A DNA stretch of 64,000 nt, taken from contig NC_087249.1 in the NCBI RefSeq assembly GCF_037042905.1, forward strand, positions 9,736,001 through 9,800,000. The letters are read 5' to 3'. Positions 41,961 through 55,500 of this stretch are shown one piece after another. The position numbers and the translations under genes are program-made. The notes under the pieces were generated by a model that saw nothing but the letters and a program-made list of their open reading frames with translations, was not told where the DNA came from and did no database searches. Numbering within the stretch: the stretch's first letter is position 1; every line of letters starts with the position of its first letter. This DNA comes from Lytechinus pictus (Eukaryota).

Positions 41961-44900
41961 TCACCACGAATTTGACTCGGCGGCGCCATCAACAAAATCC
42001 TATCCGACACACGACTCCCGCGACATCAGTGGTGACAAGCTGTCATTTTACGAGTTTGTTCGCCCCAGGGCCAACAAGACGCGCGACCTCCTGACCCCCT
42101 CCATCAACTCCACATTTTTTCTCCCAAAACAAATGGGACCCTGGATGGAATTACCTTTAATCTCTAAAAAGGTCAATGATTGTTTAATGTTTTGGGGGTA
42201 ATGGCCATTAAACGGTGATGATGAGAACGATCTACCTCATGCCAGTATTGTAAAACAAGATTTACTTCCTAGAGCAAGGTTTATGATAATGACATGAATA
42301 TTCACGAGAAATGACTTTTTCATGGGGATGTGGATGAATTGAATGAAGAGCTAGTACCACCGAGAACTTTCCCTCGTTTTCCGGAGTAGTTCTCTTTTTT
42401 CGATGCGCGACTTGGATGTGAAAAGAAAAGACGTTCCATTTCATTCACTTTCGACACATCAATACTTCAAGGCATACCTCATTATAATGGAAAATGGCCA
42501 AACGATAGTACACTTCTCAATAGCGGGTGTTTCCGCTCCGAGTTTCACTATTCTAATGTGCTTTCCATATATGGGTCATCCGACGTCACCGCCGTAACTA
42601 ATGACGTCAATCGGTTGCTAGCCTGACAGATTTTCTTCGAGAACCCCGTGAAGCCCCGTTTTGCCTTGCTATGAAGCTAGCATCCCAGTGATTGAGCCAT
42701 CGCGAATTCTTTTTCTTCTGTTTTGCCCAAATTCGAATTTTTAAGAGATCTCAGAACTTTCCTATGCTCTCAGCATACTGAATTTGGATTTTGGATGATA
42801 AACAAATACACGTGTGCATTGCGTATATGTTTATGTACGCGCAGATCAGCGGAGAAGACACGGCTGTTTCACTCCCATAGGCTATGTACAAAATAAGCCC
42901 TTTCAAGTACGCGCGCACGAAATCCGCGCGCGCTGCCCAGCCAGCTGATAAGCAATTTCAACTTTCTAGTACTCGACGATCAACTGTAAAACTTTCATTC
43001 GACACTGTGTTAGAAAGCTACATTTTTGGTAGTTTGCTTTACCTTTTAAGGTTATTCCTTTCCATGGTCATATGGCATCTCCAAAATATCACGAGAAATC
43101 ACATTCCAAATTTCGAAAACCCGCATCATTTTGATGATATTCTCATAAATCCTGAAAGTTCCACCCTTATTAGAGACAGTTTCAGTGCAATCGCGAATGA
43201 GCCTGGCCCCTGGGACTTGCAGAGAGCGCCCATTTCAGGCTCAATATCTTGAAAACCACTCGTCCGATTTTGGTGTTCTCAACGCCTAAAAAGATATAAT
43301 GTCTTGTTAAATAACATATCCGATTGGCATCACAAACCCATCACTAGTTTTCTTTTAATTCTACTTTTGCTACCCAGTACTTCTAATGCACGTCAAATAC
43401 CGTACACGGTTTTTGACGTTGCCAAATTTCTTCTGGAAACTTATAACACGATCATTGTTTCATTTTAAGATTTGTAAGGTGTATATTTCATGAATAAAGT
43501 AACAAATTCAAATAAAAATAAGTTTGTTAGATTTTTTATATTTTTGTTGTTAAGTTTTGTCAAAAAAAATATTACGATTTGTTGAATTTAATTTATATAG
43601 ATTTGAATCCTTGAAATTTATAATTCCAAATTGGCAATCGATCTTTCCCAGCAAAATACGATTTATTTGTAAACAACTATCTGGACGTCATCGATCACAT
43701 GTACTTTGAATGGGGAAATGGGTCTAGATCTAACGTTAGGTCCAAGACCGGACCAAACACAGCGAGACCACGTAGACAAATGAATTTGTTTTCGAGGAAA
43801 ATTCTACATTAATTATTCCATTGCTCTTCTCATAATTCAGATTTGAGAGAAATATTGCAACTAAAACGATTCACATTCGTCTGACAGCATTTTGTGATCC
43901 TTTTCAGACTTGATCATGGGGAGAGCCTATTTTAGAATGGGAGATCGAGTCGACGATACCAAGTACCACGGATCATGATCGATCATGGAAAATAATTGTT
44001 GCCTCTAGCTAGCTGTCATATCATATACTGTAAGGTGTAAGAGTACCGGGTATATTGGCCTATTTTTTCATTTGCATAAATTGCTTAAGTTGGCGGTCCT
44101 CTAAACAAATAGGCAAACTCTTTCTCATTCAAAAATAAATAAAAAAATAACGTGTTACAGTAGCTTACGTAGGAATATTTAAGGGGGGGGGTCAAGCTGA
44201 ATGAAATGTTGATGACCCCCCCCCCCAAAAAAAAAATAAAATAAATAAATAAAATTAAAAAAAGGGTCTTCCAAAAAATTTAGTAGTTTTTTATTGTGGA
44301 GGGGGGGGGGGGTGGGTGGGTTTAAAACAAAATTTGAAGGGGGTTGAACCCCTGTAACCCCCTCCCTTGTGTACGCCACTGACTTGTTAGAACTGAACCA
44401 GATCCAGAGAGGGGGGCCGGCCCCGGGGCCATCTTACTTTTGAGGATAAGGCAGTCCCCCTCCCCTCCTTCTGGAAAGTGGTGTTAGGTGCCGCGGAATA
44501 GTTTTGAAAGTGGGGGCTGACCATGCAATAATCATATTTCTATGGTAATTTTCATGTTTTTGTACATGATTTTAGAAAGCCCCCAGAGCTCCCCCCCCCC
44601 CCCCTTTCACAGCCCCTGGTGTTGACTATTATTGTCACTGATTTTTAAAAATAACTTTACTTGTTAAATTTTTTAATGGAAACTATGTTTTTTCTGATTG
44701 TGGAGGTGAAATATTACCCCCCCCCCACCATCATAAATACCCAAGCCGATCCAACCCCACAATATCTCAGAGGCAGGTCCAGTATTTTTTAAATCAAGAG
44801 GGTGCAAAGAGCAAAACTGAAAATTGAGTGGGTGCAGATGACAATTTTCTATGCAATTTCATAAAACTTGGCTATAGGCCTATAGTTATAGTAGTAGTAT

Positions 44901-46526
44901 GTTCAATTGAGATTTTTTTTCAAAATGAGGGGGGAATGTGTCCCTTCCAACCCTGCCTTTGACTCTGGTTTTTCAGTTTCATCAATACTGCCTTTGTCCG
45001 TTTCATTAATTGTTTGTTGTCAGTGATCAAGGATTTACTCTACCTGGGCCCCATTGCATAAAAAGTTACCATTATGATTTACCATGCAAATACAACCTGT
45101 ATGGAGTCCTTGATCTTGATTGGCTTTGATTAGTGTTAACATGGTAGTTACCATTTGATAACAAGGTTACCATATTACTAACTTTTATGCAATGGGGCAC
45201 TGGAGAAGGCAAAATTGAGGAAGGGGGTGGCGTACTAATGACAATGGTCTTTCTTTTGGATAAAGATGCCTTATCAAGGAGTCATTCTCAAAATATAGCG
45301 TGGAGGGGCAGCATACAAGTACATGTGCCTCACCCTTGTGCCTTTATCCTTGATTATACAACAGAACGTTAGATGTCTCAAGTAGTCATCCCTTGCTTAT
45401 AAAAAAGAGTAAGATTATATAAACAAATTTTATTCAAACTTTACAATAAAATTGCAGTGAATTACTATATATTTAAGGAAGTTTAGATAAAGATAGAGAT
45501 TCATTCACATTCATTGAACCACATTTGAAAATTTGCCCTCCAGTGACATTACATGCACAAAGATATATATATATAAATAAACATCAAGACAATAATTTTA
45601 GTTGAATGAAACCTTCCAATAAAATGTTTTAATAAGCATGTATAACAACTGATATGGAAATGAATTATGGACTAACGTGAGAAATATGGGATAAATAGCC
45701 TAAAACTTAATTCATGATAGCCCAAGATTAGAATACTTTATATGTGTTTGGAAAAAAATGTGTTTAAGACATAATCATTTACCATTACCTGATAAGGATA
45801 CTTCTCATTTTATGTGTTTGGATAAGATTCCAGGAGGTAAAATTCAATCTCTACATGTCTGTAGGGTCAATGAAACCCTTGTAACTTTATAAAAGCTATA
45901 AAATATGGATGAAAGGAGAAGGGATTGAACACCTAAATGAAAACCATGGTCACTTGTCAGGTCTGCATTACATACCCCCTCCAAAAAAATAATAAATATA
46001 AATATGAAATAATCAGTCATTTTAAAATATAATATTTGCAAATTGTATGTGATCTACCACTCAAACAGCCACAAAAATTGGTTATCTATCGTTGTATGCA
46101 TATCAATTACAGTGTACATTTAATTTTAACAATGTAAAAAAAAAAACTGAAAAATGACTTTCACCTTCACATGCCCGGCAAATTCAGTACCCCGTGGATA
46201 AATTTTTTTCATGCAATGATACAAGACTTAAAAATACTATAAATATAAATTACAAATCAGATAAGTGAATACTGGTAATTGATTAGATTGGGTATGACAT
46301 GCACATGTAGCTAAATCCTTTATATTTTCAAAATGGGTGAATTTGTAAAAATAATCTGCATCTCGTTGTTCTTTGCATTTTAACTGAATAGAAATGTAAA
46401 CCTTACAGTCATAATTCATATCATGACACAATATAATACATTGTCATTATAATACATATTTTAGTTGTTTTTAACCTACTATTTAACATACATGCTATAA
46501 CTTCTTAATCAATACACTTCAAATTG

Positions 46527-46806
46527 AACAAGAGTGTTGCTAAGGCGGGCACATAATATGCCGGTCTGTAACATGGAAAATGGAGTTATTGGTCAAGCAA
46601 GAGAAGTGGAAGATGGTGACTTCACCTTTGACCTTCTGGCCTCAAAGTCTATAGGCTTCCTGGTATCCATGCTAGTATCGGGCACCAAATTATATGAGCC
46701 TAGATTAAGTTAAACTGAAGTTATCGCGTTTACAAGGGAAAGTTAACGGACGTTAGAGAGTTAGCGTGATACCATAATACGTCCCGTCAAGACGGGCGTA
46801 TAAAAA
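46527..46806 (+). mobile_element. Helentron-associated (HINE/DINE-like) short element
   Basis: AACAAGAG start, CACCTTTGACCTT core, 3' hairpin TACGTCCCGTC-AA-GACGGGCGTA followed by TAAAAA. Confidence 0.65.
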
Positions 46807-47669
46807 GTGATGCCTGTAGTCTTTGAATTAAAGTTTGAAGTGAAATATATCTAAATTATTGGAACTAAAAAAAATTGAAAATTTGAATATTGTATTGGCT
46901 GACATTTTTCTATTAGTCTAGTGTGATTAGACATGTCATGAATAATAACTGTAGAGACATTCCAGAAGTCTGTTTTTGATTAATAATTGAATTTAATATT
47001 ATTCAATTAGTGGCATTTAACTCAACAAATACTTTTTCCATTATCCACCCATTTCCATACCGAACTTCTGAAATGCGATCATATTGGATTGCATAATAAT
47101 GCAGGCAAGACTGCCAGAGACGTCTTACTTGTATTGAAATACATTCATGTTAATACCCTCCTTCTAAATAAATTTGTCAGCTTGCATTCAGAATTTGATC
47201 AATTCTAACTGCTTATCAATTAAAACAATTATAGCGCAGGCAACTTTTAAAATTGTCTTAAATGCTTTGACTCATCTCTTCTTCCAGATGAATAGTGCTG
47301 AACTAATCTAGGATATTTTCGGCTACTAACACCTAATAGATGTTTTGGGTAATTCTATCTTGATCTTTAAAAGTACATCAAAGACTGCAAGAACTTTTTT
47401 TCCTGTATCCTATGGTTGCACACTTTAAAATTTCTCTGTAGCATGTACCCTTCCAGCAAATATTCTGCACATGGATGTTGGTACATATACTGCACATGTT
47501 TATCAAAACTCTTATTACTGACATCGTTTAATAATTATTGATAAAAAAATAATGAATTTGTCAGATTTGATGGAGAAATATTAAATATGAAAAAAAAAAT
47601 AATTATAAGCATAAGATAGGGAATCCAATAAGCCACTTTTCCACTAAGTAATTTTCAGTTGATTATTAA

Positions 47670-48192
47670 AGGACAAGTCCACTCCAACAAAAACTTGATT
47701 TGAATAAAAAGAGGAAAATTCAACAAGCATAACACTGAAAATTTCATCAAAATCGGATGTAAAATAAGAAAGTTATGACATTTTAAAGTTTCGCTTCATT
47801 TCACAAAACAGTTATATGCACATCTCAGTCAGTATGCAAATGAGGGAACTGATGACATCACTCACTCACTATTTCTTTTGTATTTGATTGTATGAAATAT
47901 GAAATATTTGATTTTCTCGTCATTGTCATGTGAAATGACGTTTCATTCCTCCCTGAACACGTGGTATTCCATTATTTGAACATTTTGTGCTTCAGGCAAG
48001 GAGGTCCTAATCATCAAATTGAAATATTGTATAATTCAAACAATAAAAAACAAAAGAAATAGTGAGTGAGTGACATCATCGACTTTCTCATTTGGATGTA
48101 ACTGGCTCGTTCATATAACTGTTTGTTAAAAATAAGCGAAACTTTGAAATGTCATAACTTTCTTATTTTACATCCGATTTTGATGAAATTTT
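47670..48192. mobile_element. Kolobok-type MITE, right end truncated (same family as 61660)
   Basis: TTAA|AGGACAAGTCCAC; internal inverted arms TTTCATCAAAATCGGATGTAAAATAAGAAAGTTATGACATTT. Confidence 0.8.
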
Positions 48193-48409
48193 GACCCCAA
48201 CTTCCTTTTGTAGTGAGTACCTCAGTAAATACTGAAGACATAATGAATGAAAAGTTTCGCCATGTCCAATTTGTAGCAAGAACTTTTTCCTAGATGATGT
48301 TACAAGTAATCCCTGTTTTGTAACTATATGTGAACTTAAGGTTTACTGTGTTTGTGGCAAAACTGGCCTCCTAAAAACATTCACAGGACATGTTAACTAC
48401 AATTAAAGG

Positions 48410-50285
48410 CCAGTAGAAGTAGAACGTCAAGAAGCTCTTGAAAAAGCTGGAATCACACTTGAAGCAGCTACACATTCAATTGTACATATTCCAAGATTCG
48501 TGGAAAGAGCCTCCAGTTTCATTGTTTGGAAGAAGCGTCAGGAAGATGGTCACGCCGAAATCAACAAGATACCTGGAACAGTAAGTAACGCAAATTCTTA
48601 GCACTGCGAATTAAATGAGAGAATTATCTTAATTCAAAGCTCATCACCTGTACAAATGCAATATACTACTCGTTCATTTCTTTAAAATATTGTTAAAACA
48701 TGAATTTTATTTTTAAGAATGGTTTACAAGTATAGATGTTGATCTACTTATAGTTGGAAAAATATATATCCCCTTCCTTATGATATCCAAATCACTTTGA
48801 TTTCTCATCTTCATCATTTTCTTCCATATTGACTATTTTTTACATTTTAAATAATAGTAACTGTGATAGCAATTGACACAATATTCAGAAAGTAATATGT
48901 TTCACCCCTTTTACTTTCCTTTCCTTTTTTATCCCCTTTTCTTTGTGGTGAAAATTTTGGCGAGCCATGACCCCTATGTGTATATGCAAGTGAGTGGGGG
49001 TATTTTATTTCAACCTGTATAGTGGCAGATGAATTTTAAAAGCACCAAATTTGAATTGCGGGGGGGGGGGGGGGGGAATCTTCTAGTGAATGGCCATCAA
49101 AATATGAAATTAAAATTGTTATGTATATATGTTTTACAGCTTATACATGTGAAGAAAGCTTCTTCTTGTTAGTCATTCAAAGAGATTTACATAACTGACC
49201 TCACTATCTTTATTGTCTCCGTTCTTCTTATCCATGGATAACCACTGAAGACCTGGCTCAAGATCTCTGGCAGTGCATGGCTCCTTGGGGTGGGGGGCTG
49301 ACCAACGGGAATTGCATTGTCTGATCTTCACACAGTCAAAGGTAGTGTCTCCATCACTGCATAAGATTTTGCATGGTGCAGTTGCATTCTGTAGGTAATC
49401 AAGAAATGACCAGGTTTGCCAATCCTCACTTGAACCACGGACAGTCGACAGTGATTCGCTAGGTCCATAGCAGAGTCACAGACTGGAGGTGGTTAGACAA
49501 CAGAAATAGAAAGAAAAGTTAGCACCGGAATATTGCTTTATTTTGAATAGTTTTAATGATCATAAAGAACATGAAATCAATAAATTCATCTCAGGGACAT
49601 GGCCACCAAGGATTATTCAGGATCATTCAAACCTTTAAATGACAATAGATACTATAATCTGCCACCAGATTCATGATTCAATTCAGCAAAAGTGAGAATA
49701 ATATATATAATCATAAATCTTTGCTGGAGACAGAATAAAGCATTTGATTTTACTAAAACAAGTTTTTGAACAAATTTTGATCTGATATGCACTTGCATAA
49801 TTGTATTATTTTTTTTAAATTGTGCCAATTGTCACAAATGTGGCCTTAAATTTTGCATTACCAGTAGACTCAAACGAAAAAGAGTAATAGAAATATCTTG
49901 AAAAATGTTGAGGGAGGCCAGCCTTTTTTTAATAGCTAAAGCTATTAATTGGCAGAAATCATCAAAACCTACCCATATGTTCATGTTCCATCATCTTTCC
50001 ACAGGAATGGATTTCTCACAACTCACGATGGGGCAATTCCTGAAGAAGAGGTGTGGATTAAGTTTGGGGGAGATCATGGTGGACAGGTGGAGGCTCATTT
50101 AAGTTGGTGATACAGAGGTCTGCAATGTGGAAAACACAATGCCTCACATAAATCCTTGTTTGTTGGATGCTATGTAGGTTCCTTCCATCTCATTGCTTCA
50201 GAAAATGACTCAACCCATCGCCAAGCAACTGACAAATGAAGAAGATTAAATGTAGAAGTCAGGATGTTGGAGATATAAATTTCAA
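48410..50285 (+). pseudogene. Decayed intron-containing DDE transposase, Chapaev/Transib-like
   Basis: Colinear fragments ERQEALEKAGITLE (48422), then after an acceptor at 50004 NGFLTTHDGAIPEEEVWIKFGGDHGG/GSFKLVIQ/VCNVEN with frameshifts, and VRM.GD (~50260). Family recalled from motif similarity, not searched. Confidence 0.5.
49200..49388 (-). other. Candidate internal exon (189 nt, open frame) of an unidentified transcript
   Basis: cctacAG|AATGCA...AGTGAG|GTCAGT; phase 0-0 and open for 63 codons. Confidence 0.3.
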
Positions 50286-50499
50286 ATTATTCTATTTGTA
50301 TTGTCACAGATGTTTAGATTATTACTGAAAATTGTGTGATATAATTTTTTTTTATAATTTTATATATAAAAAGTAAAATAGCTGGCAGTTGTTTACGATG
50401 TTTCTTTTATCTGATGTAATCTAGGCATGATTTAGATTTAACCTCTGATGTAACATACATATTTTTTCTTCAATTTTTGAGACTAGTGGAACTAGTTAA

Positions 50500-51094
50500 A
50501 GGGGAATCCAGCTTTGGCCATATAATGTTGTGTTGGAAAGGAGAAAAACAAATTAAAGAGAATGGTGAAAGTTTGAGAGAAATCAGACAAGCAATAAGAA
50601 AATTATAGCTGTTTTAAAATTTAGATCACTAATACTATGTAGATTTCAAATTGGCAATGGGGTAAGTAAATTATGACAAGGGGCAAGGACAACTTTCCCA
50701 TAGGCCATGTACTTAATTATCAGGGATTTGTGGTTTTCTCCTAAGTACTCATTCCCCTGGGGCAGTAATCTAAATATAATCCAGGTAGTATATTGTTTTA
50801 TGTCCTCATGAAAGAAAAATATAATTTAAAATAAAACTTTTGGGAAAAATGAAATTTTAGCCATAATATGTATTGGAGTACATGGAAGAGTAGTCCTTGC
50901 CTTACATCACTATGACATCCCATATGCGGCCAATTTGAAGGCTCCATGGGTATAGTGATTACCAATATTTACAACTTTTAAAAATTCATAACTTTCTTGT
51001 TGTTTGTCCAATATTGTTCAAACTTTCACCTATCAACTTGTCTGATTTTTCTTTTCCTTATAAAAACAAGTTTTTATTTGGGTTGGATTCCCCT
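50500..51094. mobile_element. Kolobok-type MITE
   Basis: TTAA|AGGGGAATCCA ... TGGATTCCCCT|TTAA. Confidence 0.85.
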
Positions 51095-52611
51095 TTAAAA
51101 TGATACATAAAATAAAAAAACCTATAAATATATTGGTAATAATGTCATTATGTGAGAAGTGAGATTTTTTAGATTATGTTGGTGACATTAGTCAAATATG
51201 ACTTATCACCACTCAAATCAACACAAGAAGAAAAAGCTTTAGTACCAGTCACAATTCTTTTACTACCTGTTTCATCAGAAAACAACTATCATGATGATAA
51301 AAAAGACGAATAGAATTTATGCTAATCTTCCCTGTAAAAAAACGTGCACACAGAAGACATGTTCTATTAAAGACGAAAGGACCTTTGAAAGATGAAAGTC
51401 ATCTTATGATGAAATTTAGTAAACAAGAAATGCCACCAAAGAAGCGAGTGCAGAGATAAACTATCATATAATTTTGTATAACTATAATAACAAATGTATA
51501 TTTTGGTCTGATATAATAGAAAATTTGAATTTACCTGACCTCTGTGTGCATAGTACGATACAGTAAATTGTTGTGAATAAATGTTGCAATGCGTGGTATT
51601 GATTATTGATCCATTGAAACTAAAAGATTGAGAAAACATAAAGGAATAAATAAACTTCCTCGCACAAAATCCTTCATTTCAGACCCAATCCCGATCCCCT
51701 GGCCCCATCATATAGACTCGCAGGACAGCATATTTTTAATGCAACCCCCCCCCCCATGTATCTGAAAAAACCTCAAGCAGAATCTACCCCACCCTAAAAA
51801 AATAATTAAAAAATCTAGAATCTATAGGGCCTACGTAACTAGTACTAGTACTACTAGCACTGCTGACCTTGAATCTAGTCACTAGCGGTATAGTCAATGT
51901 AGCCCTATCAGTATCACAGATACAAGTAACATTGTAAATTTGTATGAAACCCCCCCCCCCAAAAAAAAAAAAAAAACCCACATTGCAAGTGTTGTCATGA
52001 TTGTGAAAATTAGAGTCTAAACCTAGCTCTACAGACCGTGAAAAACCCTTTTTCACGAGTCAAGGTTAGCACTCAGCAGCATGCAGCAGGCGCAGCAAAA
52101 TCATTACATGTCATGGACTGATGGACAGCGAATGCACTCTCAGTCTCACTCAACTAGCTCAGCCTTAACAAAGTGAGCTCCGGCCCGCTGCGCGGGCGGG
52201 AGTTCCCTGGGTTAGCTCAGCCTCAGCTCACGAAGCGCAGCTGAGCTGCTGTGTACATGAGCGGTGTCTGACCACACAGCCAGGCGGCCCGCGACCCGGC
52301 CCTGCCCGGCTTCACCCGGGGTAGTGGCGCGCACGTCCTATACAAACAGAATGTGCTGTACCGAAAAATCAACCTAAAATAAATTCTACTGATGGGTCCA
52401 ACGAAAAATTACGCCAGATGAATCTTAAGTGCTTTGAAAACAAAACTACAATAAATACGAAATGCTGACAAACCGGACTTTTTACATTTTGGACTTTAAA
52501 AAGTTCCATAATTAGGGCCAGATTCGCGAGTTTACATTGGATTATGCAAACGCAAACATCATGACAAAATGGAGAAAAACAGAAAACTTATAATCACATT
52601 GCCATACTTAC

Positions 52612-53220
52612 GACTTCAAACATGGAAAAAAATGTTTCCTCCACGGAATTCTTGCGAAATAAATAAACTGTTGGGGATAGACAGAGAGAGTTGGTCGTGT
52701 CAGCGCCAGATGCCACAACATTCGCCAAAGATTTTTTCATCGCCCCTGCAGAAATCGCGGCACAACAACGTTAAATGCATATGCGCACTTGGGCCGCAAG
52801 GGGGCGGTAAGCTTATTTTCACTGTGAAACAGCCGTGAAGAGCGACGGGGAAACCACCTCCTCAAAATAGCACTAGTTTGTGTGGGACTAATTACTACAC
52901 AATATTCTTGCGCCATTACAACGGAAGGTAAATAGTTTCGGTCTTATTTTTATAGGTTTGCTATAATTCCAAAATTATATCAATATCAGCCTCATATCTG
53001 GTAAATATCAACTGTCATCTACCGTTTTAGTGATGAAAAATATGATTTAAGACCTATTCTTTTAAACGGAGCGATTTTGTGCGCATGGATATAATGACGT
53101 ATGATAGCTGTTATACGGCTGCTGGATGGGCATTCCAAAGGAAAGCTCTATTCTTCCTAAAAATAGCTCGACCACTCGGGGAAAACATCTCGCCAAAGCC
53201 GTGCTTCTGAATTTGGTCGG
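52612..53220. promoter_or_regulatory. CpG-rich putative bidirectional promoter with divergent first-exon donors
   Basis: Minus-strand donor GTC|GTAAGT at 52611, plus-strand donor TCG|GTGAGT at ~53220, TGCGCA motifs and raised CpG. Confidence 0.35.
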
Positions 53221-54442
53221 TGAGTAAAAATAGAAGTCTGCCGTTGACTGTCTGGCGGTATGTCTAATAATTATAGAAGGATATGCGGGTTTTCATGGCC
53301 TCAACAATAGCTGTCAACTCCACGCAGTGTTTTTCCGTCACTGCGTTGCGATTATTTCGTTATGCCGGGTTTATAGTTCCAGGCCCATTTAGAACGTGTG
53401 TAAACGTTATGATGTGTATTGTGGGCATGGTGGCATGGCAGGCTTGGTGGTTCTCGATATGTTTACAATGTATTGCACGAAGAGAGATGGTGTTTTGAAG
53501 TGCTGTGCATTGCCAGTGTCGGTGAGTGAGCGAGTGAATGACTATAACTGAGCTGAACAGATCCTACAATACATGTAGATCTATATGTATGTGTCGATGA
53601 GAGTGATTGAGCCTGCCTGCTTCAGTTGGGAATTGGGCATTTTATGTTGTTGTGATCATGTGGTGATTCTAAAAATAATGTGTTTTGATTATTCTGTCAG
53701 TGTCACAACAAGTGTCAGTGACAGTGTCGGTCCAGAATTTCCAGGATAAACTTTGGTTTGAACTAAAAATCTCTGATCTGTCTATTAATGGCAATAATGG
53801 TAAGGCCAAGGGGTCCTAAGCTAAGGCTAATTTTTGTGGTATTTTTGTTGGTGCTAAAGCAAGGGGCTAAAGCGGTAGGCCTAGATCTAATCCTGGGTTT
53901 TAGGGGACTAACTTATTTGCACGTAAAAGTGGTTGCTAACTTCACCACCCTACTCGTCCCAGCATATTTTAGACTGAAATAATTGATAAATAGCCATCCT
54001 CCAGGCTCCATTCCTGCAGGGGATGGCACCCCACCCCTCCCCCAGCTCTGGGTAGGGAGGTTCGAGGTGGGGTCAGGGAGGGGCTATCAATAATAAATGG
54101 CAGTGTGATATGCTTGGATAAGTTTGGTGAAGTTAGCGGTCTCTTTAGCTTATGGGTGCAAATAATTGAGTCCCCTAAACCCAGGAATACCACTTTAGTT
54201 TATACGCACCACTTGATGTGCATGCAATTTTCAATGGCAAAAATACATGTATGCTTTAGACTCTGGATGGAATCATGATTTCAGTGTGACGAACGAATTA
54301 TATTCAGATTTTTTTTTACAGAGCCAGAGGCTGCAATAAATCAAAAAAATGCAGAGAAAACCCCAAACTGCTTGCAGTTTTGGAGTTACATTCTCTTATA
54401 ATTTTTATTTTTATTTTACTACAATAATATGAAATGCATGTG

Positions 54443-54724
54443 TGGAGCGTTGTGGCCCAGTGGATTAGTCTTCTGAGTTTGAAACAGGGTTGTGGGTTCG
54501 AATCCTAACCATGGCGTAATTTCCTTCAGCAAGAAATTTATCCACATTGTGCTGCTCTCAACCCAGGTGAGATGAATGGGTACCCGGCAGGATTAATCCC
54601 TTGAATGCATGAGTGCTGAAAGGCAGCCCGAGCTTAAGCCGGTGTAATAATAATATCATCGCGCCTCGGAATAGAATATAAATTTCTAAATAGATGGCGC
54701 TATATAAATGCCTATTATTATTAT
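54443..54724 (+). mobile_element. Full-length tRNA-derived SINE (CORE-like centre, L2-like tail)
   Basis: A box TGGCCCAGTGG, B box GGTTCGAATCC, core CCTTCAGCAAG...CCCAGGTG..ATGAATGGGTACC, tail GCGCTATATAAATGCC(TAT)n. Confidence 0.85.
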
Positions 54725-54789
54725 GAACATATTTTAGAAAATGAGGCAAAGGAAATACAATTTAAGTTTCTGTAATCAATCTGAATGCG

Positions 54790-55500
54790 GGAGCCCTTTC
54801 AACAAGTTGCTTGTCTCTGCACATACTCCAGTGCATCAATATGTTTTAATTTGTATGAGTTCCACATGGCATGACCATACTGTATTAAAATGATCCCAAA
54901 CTAAGCCTTAAAAGTCTCTTAAACATAACTTCATCAAGGAAAACATACCTGCAAGCCTGTTAGCTTTTGAAATAACTTTCTCTACGTGAGCGTCAAAAGA
55001 ATGTTTGCCATCTTATAGAATATTACCTTTCGTTAAATAATGTGTGACCTTGGAGGGCAACTTGACACCTTGCTCATAGGACCTAAATTCAGAACTTTAC
55101 ACTTCTCAGGATGGATGTTCAAAGGCATTTTATCAGACCAAGACTGTAATACATGAAGATCATCTTGTAACTGAGAAGAATCATGATAACAAGTAATCTC
55201 ACCAAGAATCTTACTATCATTTTAAAAAAGGTACATATCACTCGAAACAAAGGTAAATTGTTCACATACAGTACAAAGAGAATGGGGCCCAAAACACTCC
55301 CTTGAGGAATCCCACAAGTTACTGGTGCCAATAATGATGCACAAATTTAACAGTTACCTGATGAGAACAACTTGCTAAGTAACTTTGCACCCATCTTATG
55401 ATACATTTACATCCACTGATGACATGAATCGAACCTGGCTTGTTTCTTGTTTATCCATCGGTTGTGTGGAAATTCGTCAAAAGCTTTCATAAGGATGTAT
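54790..55500 (-). pseudogene. Decayed CR1-like LINE reverse transcriptase fragment
   Basis: PVTCGIPQGSVLGPILFVLYVNNLP and an upstream FMKAFD-like motif, with frameshifts and stops. Confidence 0.8.

Noticed and set aside
41669..42094. His/Gly/Met/Asp-rich ORFs (also 39452-39811 and 6932-7187)
   Set aside because: Translations of microsatellite or low-complexity DNA.
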